A DNA stretch of 61,797 nt, from positions 1 through 61,797 of the IMG/VR virus record IMGVR_UViG_3300033153_006695, one strand, 5' to 3'. The notes beneath the pieces are model-generated. The model made no database searches and was not told the DNA's origin. It was given only the letters and a program-made list of their open reading frames with translations. Shown here one piece after another: positions 30,898 to 41,742 of this stretch. Every line of letters starts with the position of its first letter. The first letter of the stretch is position 1. The translations under genes were made by a program, and so were the position numbers. Source of the DNA: a virus (taxonomy: Duplodnaviria; Caudoviricetes).

Positions 30898-31099
30898 TGA
30901 AACTAAAAAAACTCCTCGAAATACCAATCCTATCAATGGTCTGGCTGATATGCATAGTACTTATTGTGGTCGATTTGCTAACAGGTAAGAACAATCAAAG
31001 TAGAGAATATTGGTGAGTGCGAATCTCAAAAGAATAATGTGAGGTAAATAATAAAGAAAATGCAAAGGCATATAAAGTGTATTAAGTGTATTATACACC

Positions 31100-31213
31100 A
31101 TGAAACATAAACATATTACAATCACGGATGAACAGGAAGACTGGATTGAGAAAAATGATTTCAAATTATCTCCATTCGTGCAACGTAAACTGGCTGAACG
31201 GATTGTAAAATAA
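31100..31213 (+). CDS. small RHH/CcdA-like regulator (not in ORF track)
   Basis: MKHKHITITDEQEDWIEKNDFKLSPFVQRKL; leaderless, after a CATATAAAG box. Confidence 0.55.
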   Translation: MKHKHITITDEQEDWIEKNDFKLSPFVQRKLAERIVK

Positions 31214-31230
31214 AAAACGTGGTGGTATAA

Positions 31231-31818
31231 ATGGCAGAAGGCATATCGTTAAAATGGTTTGGAATCGGGGTCATAATCTGGTGTTGTTTAATGTTCCTAT
31301 TGAATAATGCATGGACAGTATACAATACAAATAATGTGAACGGTGAAATGAGAATGGATCATGAAAATAGAATGTTAGAACAGATTATAGATGGATATGA
31401 TTGTTACAGAGTGGAATGTATTCAGTTACACGAAGGGGTTTGTTTTGAATGTGACCGAATAAAGCAAAATGAATCACAAATAGGATATAGTTCATTTCAT
31501 AATGAGACCAATACAAGTTTGCGGTTAGCATCGTCTCAGAATATCTCTCATGATTTATTACTCGTATCCGCAACAGAAGAGATATGGCGCATAAGTGCAA
31601 ACGGTAGTTTCTATTGGCGTGGCGAATATATCAAGGAATCGCCGATAATTGCGGAAAGACTTGAAAGTTTCTTTTATAATACTACAGAGTTTTGTGGATG
31701 TGAGCGAGAGGATGATATTATTTTGCTAAATAATACTGAATTATCTGCAACAAGAGGACATACCTTATATGCATTGGATAACGAGGCTCAAAGTGATGTT
31801 GTATATTTAAATACATGA
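31231..31818 (+). CDS. membrane-anchored hypothetical protein
   Basis: N-terminal TM segment, sequons. Confidence 0.6.
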   Translation: MAEGISLKWFGIGVIIWCCLMFLLNNAWTVYNTNNVNGEMRMDHENRMLEQIIDGYDCYRVECIQLHEGVCFECDRIKQNESQIGYSSFHNETNTSLRLASSQNISHDLLLVSATEEIWRISANGSFYWRGEYIKESPIIAERLESFFYNTTEFCGCEREDDIILLNNTELSATRGHTLYALDNEAQSDVVYLNT

Positions 31819-31878
31819 TATAACTAATGAGTGCGAATCTCATTGAGAGCTTCAAAATAAAGAAATAATGGTGATAAC

Positions 31879-32313
31879 ATGGAAATAGACAAATACAAGA
31901 CAGGAATAATAGGAGTACTACTATTCATAGCAGGACTAGGCGGGGGACTGGAACTGGCAGGAGAACAATTATATCTTACACAGGAACAGATAGACAATTC
32001 TTATGTATGTACTTCAAATCAGAAACTAGCTATATGTCCAGGGACAGAAACCCATCCAGAGCCGTTAAGCCCAAGTGGAGCGAGTTGTTATTTCCAGAAT
32101 GACGAGCCGAGAGATACATATACCAGATGTTCAAACGGCATATTCATACCACTAGTAGACGCAGCAGAAAATAAAGGAGTTTCAATATCTCAATATCTAC
32201 AAAGCGCAATAAACACACCGTACCCTGAACAAGCACCAGACCAGATACACAAACCAAGCGATAAAACCGGCAGTGGTGTTTGTAACTCTGAAGGATGCGT
32301 ATATACTAAATAA
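31879..32313 (+). CDS. membrane-anchored Cys-rich protein
   Basis: N-terminal TM segment, 6 Cys. Confidence 0.6.
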   Translation: MEIDKYKTGIIGVLLFIAGLGGGLELAGEQLYLTQEQIDNSYVCTSNQKLAICPGTETHPEPLSPSGASCYFQNDEPRDTYTRCSNGIFIPLVDAAENKGVSISQYLQSAINTPYPEQAPDQIHKPSDKTGSGVCNSEGCVYTK

Positions 32314-32471
32314 AAGTGATAATATCGAAAAATATCTAACCACCGCAGACGTAAACCAGATTATGAACAACTTAAACCAGACAGAAGCATTCAAATGCAT
32401 GGGTCGTATGTCGGACTATGTAGATACACTAACAGAACAGATGATGTTAAGATACAGATGGAGGCAATAAT

Positions 32472-32837
32472 ATGGCACTTTCAACTATCGGATCAATAGC
32501 AATACACTTAGATAATACTCTTTCATTACCCGCAGCAATATCCGGGAATATGGTGGCAATAGTAGACCAATCCAGACAATTTATAGAGAATTATACCGGC
32601 GTGAATATCGGGTCTAATTCAATTGATAAAAAATATCAACCAACAATTTTGGACTTCGCCAGTGCAGATGCTATCGACCTAAAACAAGCACAGTCCGGCG
32701 GCGAGAAGTTAAGATTAGGCGAATTAGCTATAGACGACAGCGGCGATACAATGAACGCCAAGCAATTCAGACTAATGGGTGATATGAAACTCAAAAGCAT
32801 AGGTAAAAAGATACAGTTCGCAAAATCATTTAGTTGA
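32472..32837 (+). CDS. putative head-tail adaptor
   Basis: FIENYTG motif, size and position. Confidence 0.6.
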   Translation: MALSTIGSIAIHLDNTLSLPAAISGNMVAIVDQSRQFIENYTGVNIGSNSIDKKYQPTILDFASADAIDLKQAQSGGEKLRLGELAIDDSGDTMNAKQFRLMGDMKLKSIGKKIQFAKSFS

Positions 32838-32841
32838 TACA

Positions 32842-33381
32842 ATGAAAAAACCTAATCGTAATACGAAAATCTATAAAGAAGCATGTAGAAAAAGACAACT
32901 AAAAATATGGAAAAATCCAGAATATCGAGAAAAAATGATTAAAATTCATAAAGGACAAATGACCGGACACAAATGGAAAAAGGGAGATATCATAAAACAC
33001 GACAAACAATTTAAAAAAGGAAATAAGCCTTGGAATGATGGTATTCCTCATTCAGAAGAAACAAAAGAAAAATTAAGACAATATGTTGGTGAAAAATCAG
33101 CTAATTGGCAAGGAGGTATATCTTTTGAACCCTATTCAACTGATTGGACTGATGTTTTAAGACGTAGTATAAGACTTAGAGATAATAATATATGTCAATT
33201 ATGTGAGGTTCATCAAGACGAAGAAAAAAGAGTATTATCAGTCCATCATATTGATTATGATAAGAAAAATTGCGACCCAAAGAATTTAATAACTCTTTGC
33301 CATAGTTGTCATACTAAAACAAATTACAACAGAGAAAAATGGATGAAGTTTTTTCAAGAGAGGGTAGAAAATGACTATTAA
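32842..33381 (+). CDS. NUMOD3-type HNH homing endonuclease
   Basis: KPWNDGIPHSEETKEKL, RDNNICQLC, VHHIDYDKKN...NLITLCHSCH. Confidence 0.9.
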   Translation: MKKPNRNTKIYKEACRKRQLKIWKNPEYREKMIKIHKGQMTGHKWKKGDIIKHDKQFKKGNKPWNDGIPHSEETKEKLRQYVGEKSANWQGGISFEPYSTDWTDVLRRSIRLRDNNICQLCEVHQDEEKRVLSVHHIDYDKKNCDPKNLITLCHSCHTKTNYNREKWMKFFQERVENDY

Positions 33382-33808
33382 AGATTCTTTATCTGCGGGG
33401 TTTCAATCTATTATAACGAAAGCTGGAAAACCTATAACTATCAAATACTTCTCACAAACAGTAGGCAGTGTGTGGGAAGATGATGTTTCACTTGCAGAAA
33501 TAGCAGGCTCACAACTGGCAACATCAGGGATAGTACTGCCATTATCAACAAGAAACAGATTCAATTCAGAAGATGTAATGCTAATAGAACAAGGGAAACT
33601 AAGAACGCAAGACCAAAGATTATATGTAAATGGTTCACTCGACTTCACAGGGGTAGGCAGTAATCTTAGCGTGAAAATCGTAATTAATTCAGACAGTTTT
33701 ACTCTTGTGCCGTTGGGTGGCATACCTTACGAGGTCGAAAACACACAGATATACAAAAAGGCATATATCCGGGTACTTCCAACAGGGTCATTACTGGGTG
33801 AATCTTGA
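33371..33808 (+). CDS. putative head-closure protein
   Basis: Position and size in the neck module. Confidence 0.55.
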   Translation: MTIKDSLSAGFQSIITKAGKPITIKYFSQTVGSVWEDDVSLAEIAGSQLATSGIVLPLSTRNRFNSEDVMLIEQGKLRTQDQRLYVNGSLDFTGVGSNLSVKIVINSDSFTLVPLGGIPYEVENTQIYKKAYIRVLPTGSLLGES

Positions 33809-34167
33809 TGAGTGTAAAAGTAGTTATTACTGGGCTAAAAGCAACACAAGCGTATTTAATGGCGGAAAGTATTAGAGCTACTAGAAACATGGAGAAAGGC
33901 ATTAAGAAAGCAGGTATGCACTTGCAAAACGAAGTGAAACAATCAATCGGCGGTCATAGAGCAGAACCGACTAGTGTTGATACGGGTCGTTTTATGAATT
34001 CTGTGGATATGACAAACACAAAAACAACAGCAACAATATTCAGCGATATTCCGTATGCCGTCCATTTAGAGTATGGAACCAGTAAACTTACAGCCAGAAA
34101 ACATTTCAGGAACTCAAAAGACCGTAATCAAGCTAAAATAATAAGTATAATCAAAGACAATATATAA
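33808..34167 (+). CDS. HK97 gp10-like neck / tail-completion protein
   Basis: VDTGRFMNS, YAVHLEYGT. Confidence 0.8.
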   Translation: MSVKVVITGLKATQAYLMAESIRATRNMEKGIKKAGMHLQNEVKQSIGGHRAEPTSVDTGRFMNSVDMTNTKTTATIFSDIPYAVHLEYGTSKLTARKHFRNSKDRNQAKIISIIKDNI

Positions 34168-34205
34168 AGTATAGTCCAAGCGCGGGCTATATCTTACCAA
34201 GCGAG

Positions 34206-34667
34206 GTGATTAATATAGTTGTAGAATCTGGAACTTTCATAAGGGATTTATTGTTCTACGTAAAAGACACGCTAACCACCGGTGTAACAGACCCTATAAC
34301 AGCAACACGTAGCACACAGTCTAGGTTTGTGATGACTAGCTACCCGTCAAGATTTACTCAATATCCGCTAATCACAGTAAAACTTTCTAATTATAGTGGT
34401 CCTTCGTCAGGTATGCAGACTAACGCAATGGATATAACAGCTATAATAGAAATTAGAGTCTGGGCGCGGAACCAAAAAGAAAAGGACGAACTTGCTAATG
34501 ACTGTTTTATTGTTCTAAGAGACGCGCAACACACAGCCAGTACAGGCAGTATAGCTAATTATATTTATGATTTTGCTCTTTTGAGCGCAGTTGAGGTTGA
34601 TGAGGACGGCGAAAACCAACCGAAAAGTAGAATACTCGAAGTACAGTATAAATATTACAATATTTAG
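34206..34667 (+). CDS. putative tail terminator
   Basis: YPLITV, IRVWARN; directly before the tail tube. Confidence 0.6.
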   Translation: MINIVVESGTFIRDLLFYVKDTLTTGVTDPITATRSTQSRFVMTSYPSRFTQYPLITVKLSNYSGPSSGMQTNAMDITAIIEIRVWARNQKEKDELANDCFIVLRDAQHTASTGSIANYIYDFALLSAVEVDEDGENQPKSRILEVQYKYYNI

Positions 34668-34678
34668 AGGTGAAACGA

Positions 34679-34900
34679 ATGGCAGATAAAGATGAACTTT
34701 CATGGATAAAAATACACGAGCCCTGGAGAATACTAGACCATAAACTAAAACAAAACATAACACCAACAGAACAAGAGCTTTATGATCTTACGAAAGTTGA
34801 ACAAGCAAAAATACTAAACAAGCATGGAATAAAAACAATTCCAAAATACGAAAAAGAAAGAGTAGAAAAAATAATGAAAATACTAACAGGAGGCGACTAA
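34679..34900 (+). CDS. hypothetical protein
   Basis: GAGGTGA RBS. Confidence 0.55.
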   Translation: MADKDELSWIKIHEPWRILDHKLKQNITPTEQELYDLTKVEQAKILNKHGIKTIPKYEKERVEKIMKILTGGD

Positions 34901-34902
34901 TT

Positions 34903-35964
34903 ATGGCACGGTATATCGGAGATCAGAACAAAAATGTAGGAATACACGAAAGTGGGACTTATGCGCATAATTGTGCAGGAACAGATGCAGTAGCGGGGAG
35001 TACATATTGGATAGGGCAGGTAACAGAAAACTCAATAGATGATGCTGAAAATCGGATTGAAGACAGGTACATGGGTACAGGAAAACGAACATACGACACA
35101 ATGGAAATGGGACCTAACGACGTAACTGGAACATTAACATACCACCCGCATGATATGAGACTGTTGTTCTATGCAATCGGGTCAATAGTGGAAGTATCTG
35201 GCGCAACAGCAACTACATGCACACACGCAGTAAGCGAAATTAATAGTAATGTATGGCAAAGCCCGTTTGTAAGCGGTACTAACACCCATCCGGCTCCTAT
35301 GTCTTTTACACTTGAAGATTCCAAACAATCACCAGGCACAGGCAGAAACTTCATAAGGACAATCAAAGGATGTACTACAAATGTAACTACATTGACTTTG
35401 GCACAAAGCGAGAAAGCAACAATAGACGTAGACTACATCGCAGAACATTTACTGCCAAGTTCAGGCACAACAACAACACTAGTTAATAGTGGTCTGTCTA
35501 CTGATGCCCTAAAGCAAGCATTAGCGCCTTATATGTGGGAACATTCATTGCTTACACTTGCAGGCAGTCCAATGGACACCGCAAAAGAAATCAGTCTTGA
35601 AATAAATAATAACATGACAGGTCCGCATTACAATAACGGCAGCAGAATAATTGGCATGCCTTATGGCGGCAACAAAGATTACACTCTGAACGTGACTATG
35701 GACTTGGACGGTCAGGATGCAATGTGGCTATACGAACAATACTACAAGGGCGGCAGTTCATTCAACGGAACTCTGGACATGAACGCAGATATAACCGCAG
35801 TCGGCAGCAAACACACAACATTAGTATTCAGTGGATGCGAAGTAACAGACATGCCTAATCCAAGTACAGCAGATGCAGAGACAACAGAAACCACACTAGA
35901 AATCAGACCGCAAACGGTGGCAGGAAGTACATGGGACCGAACGCATAAATATAATCCGTGGTAG
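34903..35964 (+). CDS. major tail tube protein
   Basis: Position before chaperone and TMP; SLEINNN motif, beta-rich. Confidence 0.75.
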   Translation: MARYIGDQNKNVGIHESGTYAHNCAGTDAVAGSTYWIGQVTENSIDDAENRIEDRYMGTGKRTYDTMEMGPNDVTGTLTYHPHDMRLLFYAIGSIVEVSGATATTCTHAVSEINSNVWQSPFVSGTNTHPAPMSFTLEDSKQSPGTGRNFIRTIKGCTTNVTTLTLAQSEKATIDVDYIAEHLLPSSGTTTTLVNSGLSTDALKQALAPYMWEHSLLTLAGSPMDTAKEISLEINNNMTGPHYNNGSRIIGMPYGGNKDYTLNVTMDLDGQDAMWLYEQYYKGGSSFNGTLDMNADITAVGSKHTTLVFSGCEVTDMPNPSTADAETTETTLEIRPQTVAGSTWDRTHKYNPW

Positions 35965-35999
35965 TAGTTACACATAAGTAAGTAAATGGAGGCAATAAT

Positions 36000-36556
36000 A
36001 TGGCAATGTTAAAAACAGAAGATATTGTATTCAGTCGTGACACAGAAGGCGCTTTAATCCCGCAAGAGATTACTTTAGAGACAATGGAAAACAAACCGAC
36101 AATAAAAATAGTTCCATTAACTAAAGGGCAACTAAACGAAATACATACAATGGCGAAATCAAGCGATCCAATAGAGAAAATAAAAGCTGATAACAACGCG
36201 ATTAAAATAGGGTTAATAGCTCCGAAACTAACAGATGAACAAATATCGGATCTAAAACCTAAATATTCCGGTGCTATTGCTATTGCGATAATGTCTGTTA
36301 CGCTAGGCATAAACCAAAAAGAAATATCAGAAAAAACAGCAGATGCAATACAGGATATGGAAGCAGAACTAAAAAAAAAATAAATGACGAGGATATGGAC
36401 CTGTGGCTACATACGCAGGGCTATAATTTCTTCACTATACCTAACCTAACATACCCGGAAATTAATAGTTTAGTAGCTGCAAAGAACCGTGAAATAAAGA
36501 AGAAAAACAGGGAAAATAAAAAAGCAGAACGGAAAGCTAAATCTAAGAGAAGATAA
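36000..36556 (+). CDS. tail assembly chaperone G (36000-36383) and -1 frameshifted GT extension (to 36556)
   Basis: A10 slippery run at 36371-36380 just before the stop; the -1 frame stays open to TAA at 36554-36556, 1 nt before the TMP start. Confidence 0.75.
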
Positions 36557-36557
36557 A

Positions 36558-38657
36558 ATGGGAATAAGCGATATTCTAGGCGGGAAAGGAGTATCCGTAG
36601 TCATATCTGCGACTGACAACTTCAGCCGGACATTTAGCGCGGCACGGATGCAGATGGCGGCTTTCAAACCGGCAGGACTGGCAATAGCGGCTGGAATGGC
36701 GGCGGTAGGTGTTGGGATGGCTGCGGTTGCTGCGTCTACTCTTAAAACTGCTATAGACTTTGAAAGCGCTTTTACAGGTGTACAAAAGACAGTAGAACTA
36801 ACCGCAGAAGAGTTTGACGTTTTGAATACTAGCCTTAAGAACATGACAAAAACCGTACCTAAAAGCTATGTCGAGCTAGCTTCTATTGCCGAAATTGCCG
36901 GTCAGTTGGGGGTCGAAGGGGTAGATAATATAACTAAATTCACTAAGACTATAACAGACATAAGTGAATCTACAAACCTGACCGCAGAAAACGCAGCGAC
37001 TTCTTTTGCGCGAATCGCTAATGTGATGGGCGAACCGATAGCTAATGTTGACCGGATGGGTGCTGCGGTTGTAGATTTAGGTAATAATTTTGCGACTTCA
37101 GAGACAGAGATTGTAGAAATGTCTATGCGTGTTATGGGTGCGGGGAAAACAATAGGTATGTCTACACAAGACGTATTCGGTATGAGTGCTGCTTTAAGTT
37201 CTTTAGGTATTCAATCTGAAATGGGTGGCAGTGCAATATCGAGAGCCATGATAACTATGTCTAAAGCCGTTTCTAATGGTGCAGACGGATTTAAACAATT
37301 TTCAGAGAAATCAGGGCTATCTCTAGATGAAATTAATTTATTAATGACGAAAAGCACACCTGCCGCGTATCAATACCTACTAAATAATACAGAAATGACT
37401 ACAGAAGAGATTAATAGATTACTAAAAGACACAACATTAGAAGCGTCAAGCGATTTAATGAATTTTGCGACGGTTTCGGGTCTTTCAGCAGATGAATTCT
37501 CAAAGTTATGGAGTACAAAACCCGTAGAGGCAATGTCGAAAGTAATTATGGGTCTTAAAAAGACAAATGAAGAGGGCGGTAATACTTTCGGAGTATTAGA
37601 AGACCTTGATTTAAGTGCGATACGAATTTCAGATACAATGTTAAGGTTAGCGGGTTCTGAAGGCGGGATAACTGCTGCGGTAGAGAAATCTAATCAGGCA
37701 TGGGAAGAAAACACAGCGCTATCAGAAGAAGCAAATAAAAGATACGACACATTAGCATCACAAATCCAAATGACAAAAAACGAATTTACGCTTATGGCGT
37801 TGGCGATTGGCGAGAAATTAATGCCGATAGTCAGAGATACATTACTTCCATTCATTCGTGACCAGTTAATACCGACTATGGGACGTATTTTCGATAAGAT
37901 AGTCCCGATTATGAGAGATGACGTGATTCCATTATTCGAGAAATATCTTGTACCGGCAATAGGTAAATTAATAGACTTCACAAAATCACTAAAAACATCC
38001 TGGGATAACCTTAGTCCTAGTATGCAAACCGCGATTAAGCTAGGATTATTAGCTACAGGCGCAGTATTAGTGCTTACAGCCGGACTAACATTATTAGGGA
38101 TTGCTTTTGGGTTGTTGATGTCACCTATTCTGTTAATTGCATTAGCTTTCGGAGCGCTTGTAACTCTGGGCTATTATCTCTGGAAGAACTGGGATATTAT
38201 AAAAGAAGAAGGTATTAGAATTTGGAACAAAATAAAAGAAAATATTGTTTCGGCGGTTCAATCATTGGGCGATAAATTTATATGGCTAAAAGACAGCGTT
38301 CTTACACCTGTTTGGGATACTTTTAAAAATATATATGGCTGGTTAAAAAACAAGTTTCTTGGCGTTATAGGTAGCGTTATTGATAAAATCAAAAGTGTGA
38401 TTAGTTTAGCCCGGGAAGCAGGTGGCGGAATAGCATCAGCCGCAGGGAAAGTATTAGGGAGTAGACAAACGGGTGGATACATACCGCAAACAGGATTATA
38501 CAATTTACATCAAGGAGAATATGTAGTTCCTAAAAGAGAAGTAAACACAAGCGGTAGAAATATCATCATAAATATAGACAATCTAAACGGATTCAATGCC
38601 GGAGATATAGCTGAAGGATTACAAGAAGAACTGGAAAAAAAGATAAGTATGGGATAA
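36558..38657 (+). CDS. tape measure protein (TP901-like core)
   Basis: AIDFESAFTGVQKT, LGNNFATSE, GSAISR; periodic W/F C-terminal region. Confidence 0.93.
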   Translation: MGISDILGGKGVSVVISATDNFSRTFSAARMQMAAFKPAGLAIAAGMAAVGVGMAAVAASTLKTAIDFESAFTGVQKTVELTAEEFDVLNTSLKNMTKTVPKSYVELASIAEIAGQLGVEGVDNITKFTKTITDISESTNLTAENAATSFARIANVMGEPIANVDRMGAAVVDLGNNFATSETEIVEMSMRVMGAGKTIGMSTQDVFGMSAALSSLGIQSEMGGSAISRAMITMSKAVSNGADGFKQFSEKSGLSLDEINLLMTKSTPAAYQYLLNNTEMTTEEINRLLKDTTLEASSDLMNFATVSGLSADEFSKLWSTKPVEAMSKVIMGLKKTNEEGGNTFGVLEDLDLSAIRISDTMLRLAGSEGGITAAVEKSNQAWEENTALSEEANKRYDTLASQIQMTKNEFTLMALAIGEKLMPIVRDTLLPFIRDQLIPTMGRIFDKIVPIMRDDVIPLFEKYLVPAIGKLIDFTKSLKTSWDNLSPSMQTAIKLGLLATGAVLVLTAGLTLLGIAFGLLMSPILLIALAFGALVTLGYYLWKNWDIIKEEGIRIWNKIKENIVSAVQSLGDKFIWLKDSVLTPVWDTFKNIYGWLKNKFLGVIGSVIDKIKSVISLAREAGGGIASAAGKVLGSRQTGGYIPQTGLYNLHQGEYVVPKREVNTSGRNIIINIDNLNGFNAGDIAEGLQEELEKKISMG

Positions 38658-38658
38658 T

Positions 38659-41600
38659 ATGAAAGGGAAAGTAAAAATCACTCTGACACCGATAATTGCA
38701 CTTGTAATATTGACGGCATCTATTTATTTTGTATTGGATGATAATATTAAAATTGTAGTAGGAAATACAAATACAGAGTTCTATGTCTGGGAGAATGAAA
38801 AATGGGTTTTAGGTGCTACCGAATACGTACAATTATGGGATGGAACGACTCGTATGCGTGCAAAATCAAGAAATGTAGAATATACTATAGACGGAGATAT
38901 AACAAAAATCATCAGAACGTCATTATGGAAAGATAACATCACAACTATAGACACATATACATTTGATTCTAGTGTATCTGATATAGAACTAGTACCAATA
39001 GAGCATACAGTTAGATGCATTAATTGTAATGGAAAGATAATTCATTTTGAGTACAGGGACATAGAGTATGACGGTATTACGCGCAAGGCGATTAGTCCTG
39101 AATCTTTTGGTCATAACATGAAAATAGAATGGCAAAGTGAAGATTTAATGTGGGCTAAATTATATCAGCAAAAAATAGCTTCTGATAAATTAATTATTAG
39201 ATATAGGGCTTATTCTGATGACGAAACATACTATGTGAGGATGTTCGACCCTGTGGCTATTTCGTTTATTGATCCGACCCCCGCAAATAATAATGACACT
39301 TCAAATACGTATGCCTATATTAATACTTCTGTATCTGACGGTACAGATTCGACAGCATTATTCGATTGGAATTATTCGCTTGTTGGATGGTGGCGGTTTA
39401 ATGACAACAGCACACATGATAATTCAAGCTACGAGAACAACGGCACACAAGAGGGCGGCGTTAATTGTTCTGCTACTGGTAAGTTCGGCGGGGCTTGTAG
39501 CTTTGACGGTGTGAGTGATTATGTTAATATTTCAGATGCAACGGAATTACAATTCAATTCAATTACAGAGGATTTTAGTATTTGTGCTTGGATATACGCA
39601 TTAAATAATCCTACAGTTTATGATTTGATTATCGATAAAAGAGATGCAGACAATGACGGATATAGATTTACGACCCAAACAAACGGAAGGATAGAATTAT
39701 CATTAAATTCAACAGATGCATATAGTGCGAATAGCGCAATCACTCCGTCAACATGGCATCATGTCTGCGGTGTAGTTGACAGGAGTGCAAATATAATATT
39801 ATATGTAGACGGAACCGCATCGGGTACTCCTGTTTCTGCGCAGGAGATTATTATGTCAACCACAAATGATTTGGTTATTGGTCGTCAGTCATACAGCGCC
39901 GGCAGTTATTTCAACGGAACTATAGACGAAATAACAATCCACAATAGAGCATTAAGCGAACAGGAAATAAAAGCATCTTATGATGTAGGTACATACAGGC
40001 TCTACAACAACTTCACAGACTTAGTAGATGGCGATTATGATTATATCGCGTATGTCCAGAACAGCTCAGGTAATATAGAACAGACAGAAACAAGAACCAT
40101 TAATATCCATTATGAAAATATAACACAATGCTCAACTTTAGAGAAAAACTACAGGACGTATTATCTTAGAGAAGACATTACAGATTCAAGCACGTCTAAT
40201 TGTATCGACATAACAGCAAATCATGTTACTTTCGAGTGCCAGAGTTATACTATTGACGGTGACGATAGTGCCGATACAGGTATAAGAGTCAGCAGAGCCA
40301 GTATTACAACAACAAACGTAACAATAAAAAATTGTATTTTAACTGATTGGGATAGATATGGAATCTCATTATCAAGAGCGTCCTATAATGACATCATTAA
40401 CGTAAGTGTTTCTTCATGTCCAGATATTGGAATTGATCTGTTCTTTTCAAATCATAATGAAATCAACGAATCAACAATAAATAACAATAACGAAGGAATC
40501 AATATCGGCGGTAGTGATTACAATAAAATACATAATGTAACAGTGGATTCTTCAGTAGCAACAGGCATATCTATCGAATATGGCGCTGATTATAATAACA
40601 TTACATTTTCAACTATCTCAAACACCACAATCTACGGGTTGACTTTTTGGAATGACGGGTCACCGGGACTAACAGACAGCTATATCTATAATAACCTACT
40701 AAATAACACTGTCAATTATATAGATGATTATACACCTACTACTTCATATTTCAATACAGATACACAAATAGGAACCAGAATATACACGTCAGGGTCGTAT
40801 ATTGGCGGAAATTACTGGACGAATCCAAATAGTACGGGATATTCTAATGATTGTATAGATTATGATGATGACGGCTTTTGTGATGTTGCATATACGGTAT
40901 CTGAAGGCGTTATTGACAATTTACCGCTTACAAGTTCATCTATTTCAGATTTCAATATAACAACAACATCCGGCACAGAGAATCTATTTTATGCTTATCA
41001 GCCAATCCAGACAGAAATAGAACCATACGGTCAGACATCAACCATCGGCAGATATACACTAGACAATAATAATACCTATGTGATTGATATCTACGCGAAA
41101 CTAAACGAAACAGACCCGTCACCTATAATTTGCTATCAGGAAACAGCAACCACCGCTACTTCATGCGGCGGACTGGCTACAGGCGCATATTCAAGTTCAA
41201 ATAATTGGAATGATGGCTTATGGAGTACATTCACAGTAACTACAGGGATATATTACGCGAATTATACACGTCCAGACAATACAGTCAATAATGGCTATTG
41301 GGATATAGGATATTCTACTACGGCTGGCGCACTCACACGCGCGAATAAGAGTATTCTTTATGGGTGCTGGCAGGATGACGACACAATACAATTACGTGTA
41401 AATTCGTCAGATGAAGGTAACGGTCAGACTACATGGCAGTGTTATAATTATCTTACATCATTTTGGGATACAATATATAACACAGGAGCCAGTTATTGGA
41501 ATTATCGAATAATATATGAAGAAGCTATTTGGTGGGTAATAGAGTCAGAACAGAAACCACTAACAATAAAACTAGATGAAGAATATGATTATGATAATTC

Positions 41601-41742
41601 GGTCTCAATCAATACAAGCTACCAATTAATTTATGACGATTTTGAAGTAGATGGCACCGGATATTTATGGATTTGGGCGGACTTCAATAACTTACAATCT
41701 CAATGGGACCCTAAACTAGACATAGTAGGAGTAGGATCATAA
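38659..41742 (+). CDS. LamG + right-handed beta-helix (NosD/CASH-like) adhesin-like protein with N-terminal TM segment
   Basis: LVGWWRF...GKFGGACSFDG...WHHVCG...FNGTIDE; parallel beta-helix repeats with GGNYW. Confidence 0.82.
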   Translation: MKGKVKITLTPIIALVILTASIYFVLDDNIKIVVGNTNTEFYVWENEKWVLGATEYVQLWDGTTRMRAKSRNVEYTIDGDITKIIRTSLWKDNITTIDTYTFDSSVSDIELVPIEHTVRCINCNGKIIHFEYRDIEYDGITRKAISPESFGHNMKIEWQSEDLMWAKLYQQKIASDKLIIRYRAYSDDETYYVRMFDPVAISFIDPTPANNNDTSNTYAYINTSVSDGTDSTALFDWNYSLVGWWRFNDNSTHDNSSYENNGTQEGGVNCSATGKFGGACSFDGVSDYVNISDATELQFNSITEDFSICAWIYALNNPTVYDLIIDKRDADNDGYRFTTQTNGRIELSLNSTDAYSANSAITPSTWHHVCGVVDRSANIILYVDGTASGTPVSAQEIIMSTTNDLVIGRQSYSAGSYFNGTIDEITIHNRALSEQEIKASYDVGTYRLYNNFTDLVDGDYDYIAYVQNSSGNIEQTETRTINIHYENITQCSTLEKNYRTYYLREDITDSSTSNCIDITANHVTFECQSYTIDGDDSADTGIRVSRASITTTNVTIKNCILTDWDRYGISLSRASYNDIINVSVSSCPDIGIDLFFSNHNEINESTINNNNEGINIGGSDYNKIHNVTVDSSVATGISIEYGADYNNITFSTISNTTIYGLTFWNDGSPGLTDSYIYNNLLNNTVNYIDDYTPTTSYFNTDTQIGTRIYTSGSYIGGNYWTNPNSTGYSNDCIDYDDDGFCDVAYTVSEGVIDNLPLTSSSISDFNITTTSGTENLFYAYQPIQTEIEPYGQTSTIGRYTLDNNNTYVIDIYAKLNETDPSPIICYQETATTATSCGGLATGAYSSSNNWNDGLWSTFTVTTGIYYANYTRPDNTVNNGYWDIGYSTTAGALTRANKSILYGCWQDDDTIQLRVNSSDEGNGQTTWQCYNYLTSFWDTIYNTGASYWNYRIIYEEAIWWVIESEQKPLTIKLDEEYDYDNSVSINTSYQLIYDDFEVDGTGYLWIWADFNNLQSQWDPKLDIVGVGS

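Noticed and set aside
31576-31590. Self-target of spacer 58647-58682
   Set aside because: Short gapped similarity only
32842-33381. Group I intron or intein around the HNH gene
   Set aside because: Flanking genes look intact and abut the ORF, leaving no room for intron core elements; it is a free-standing endonuclease
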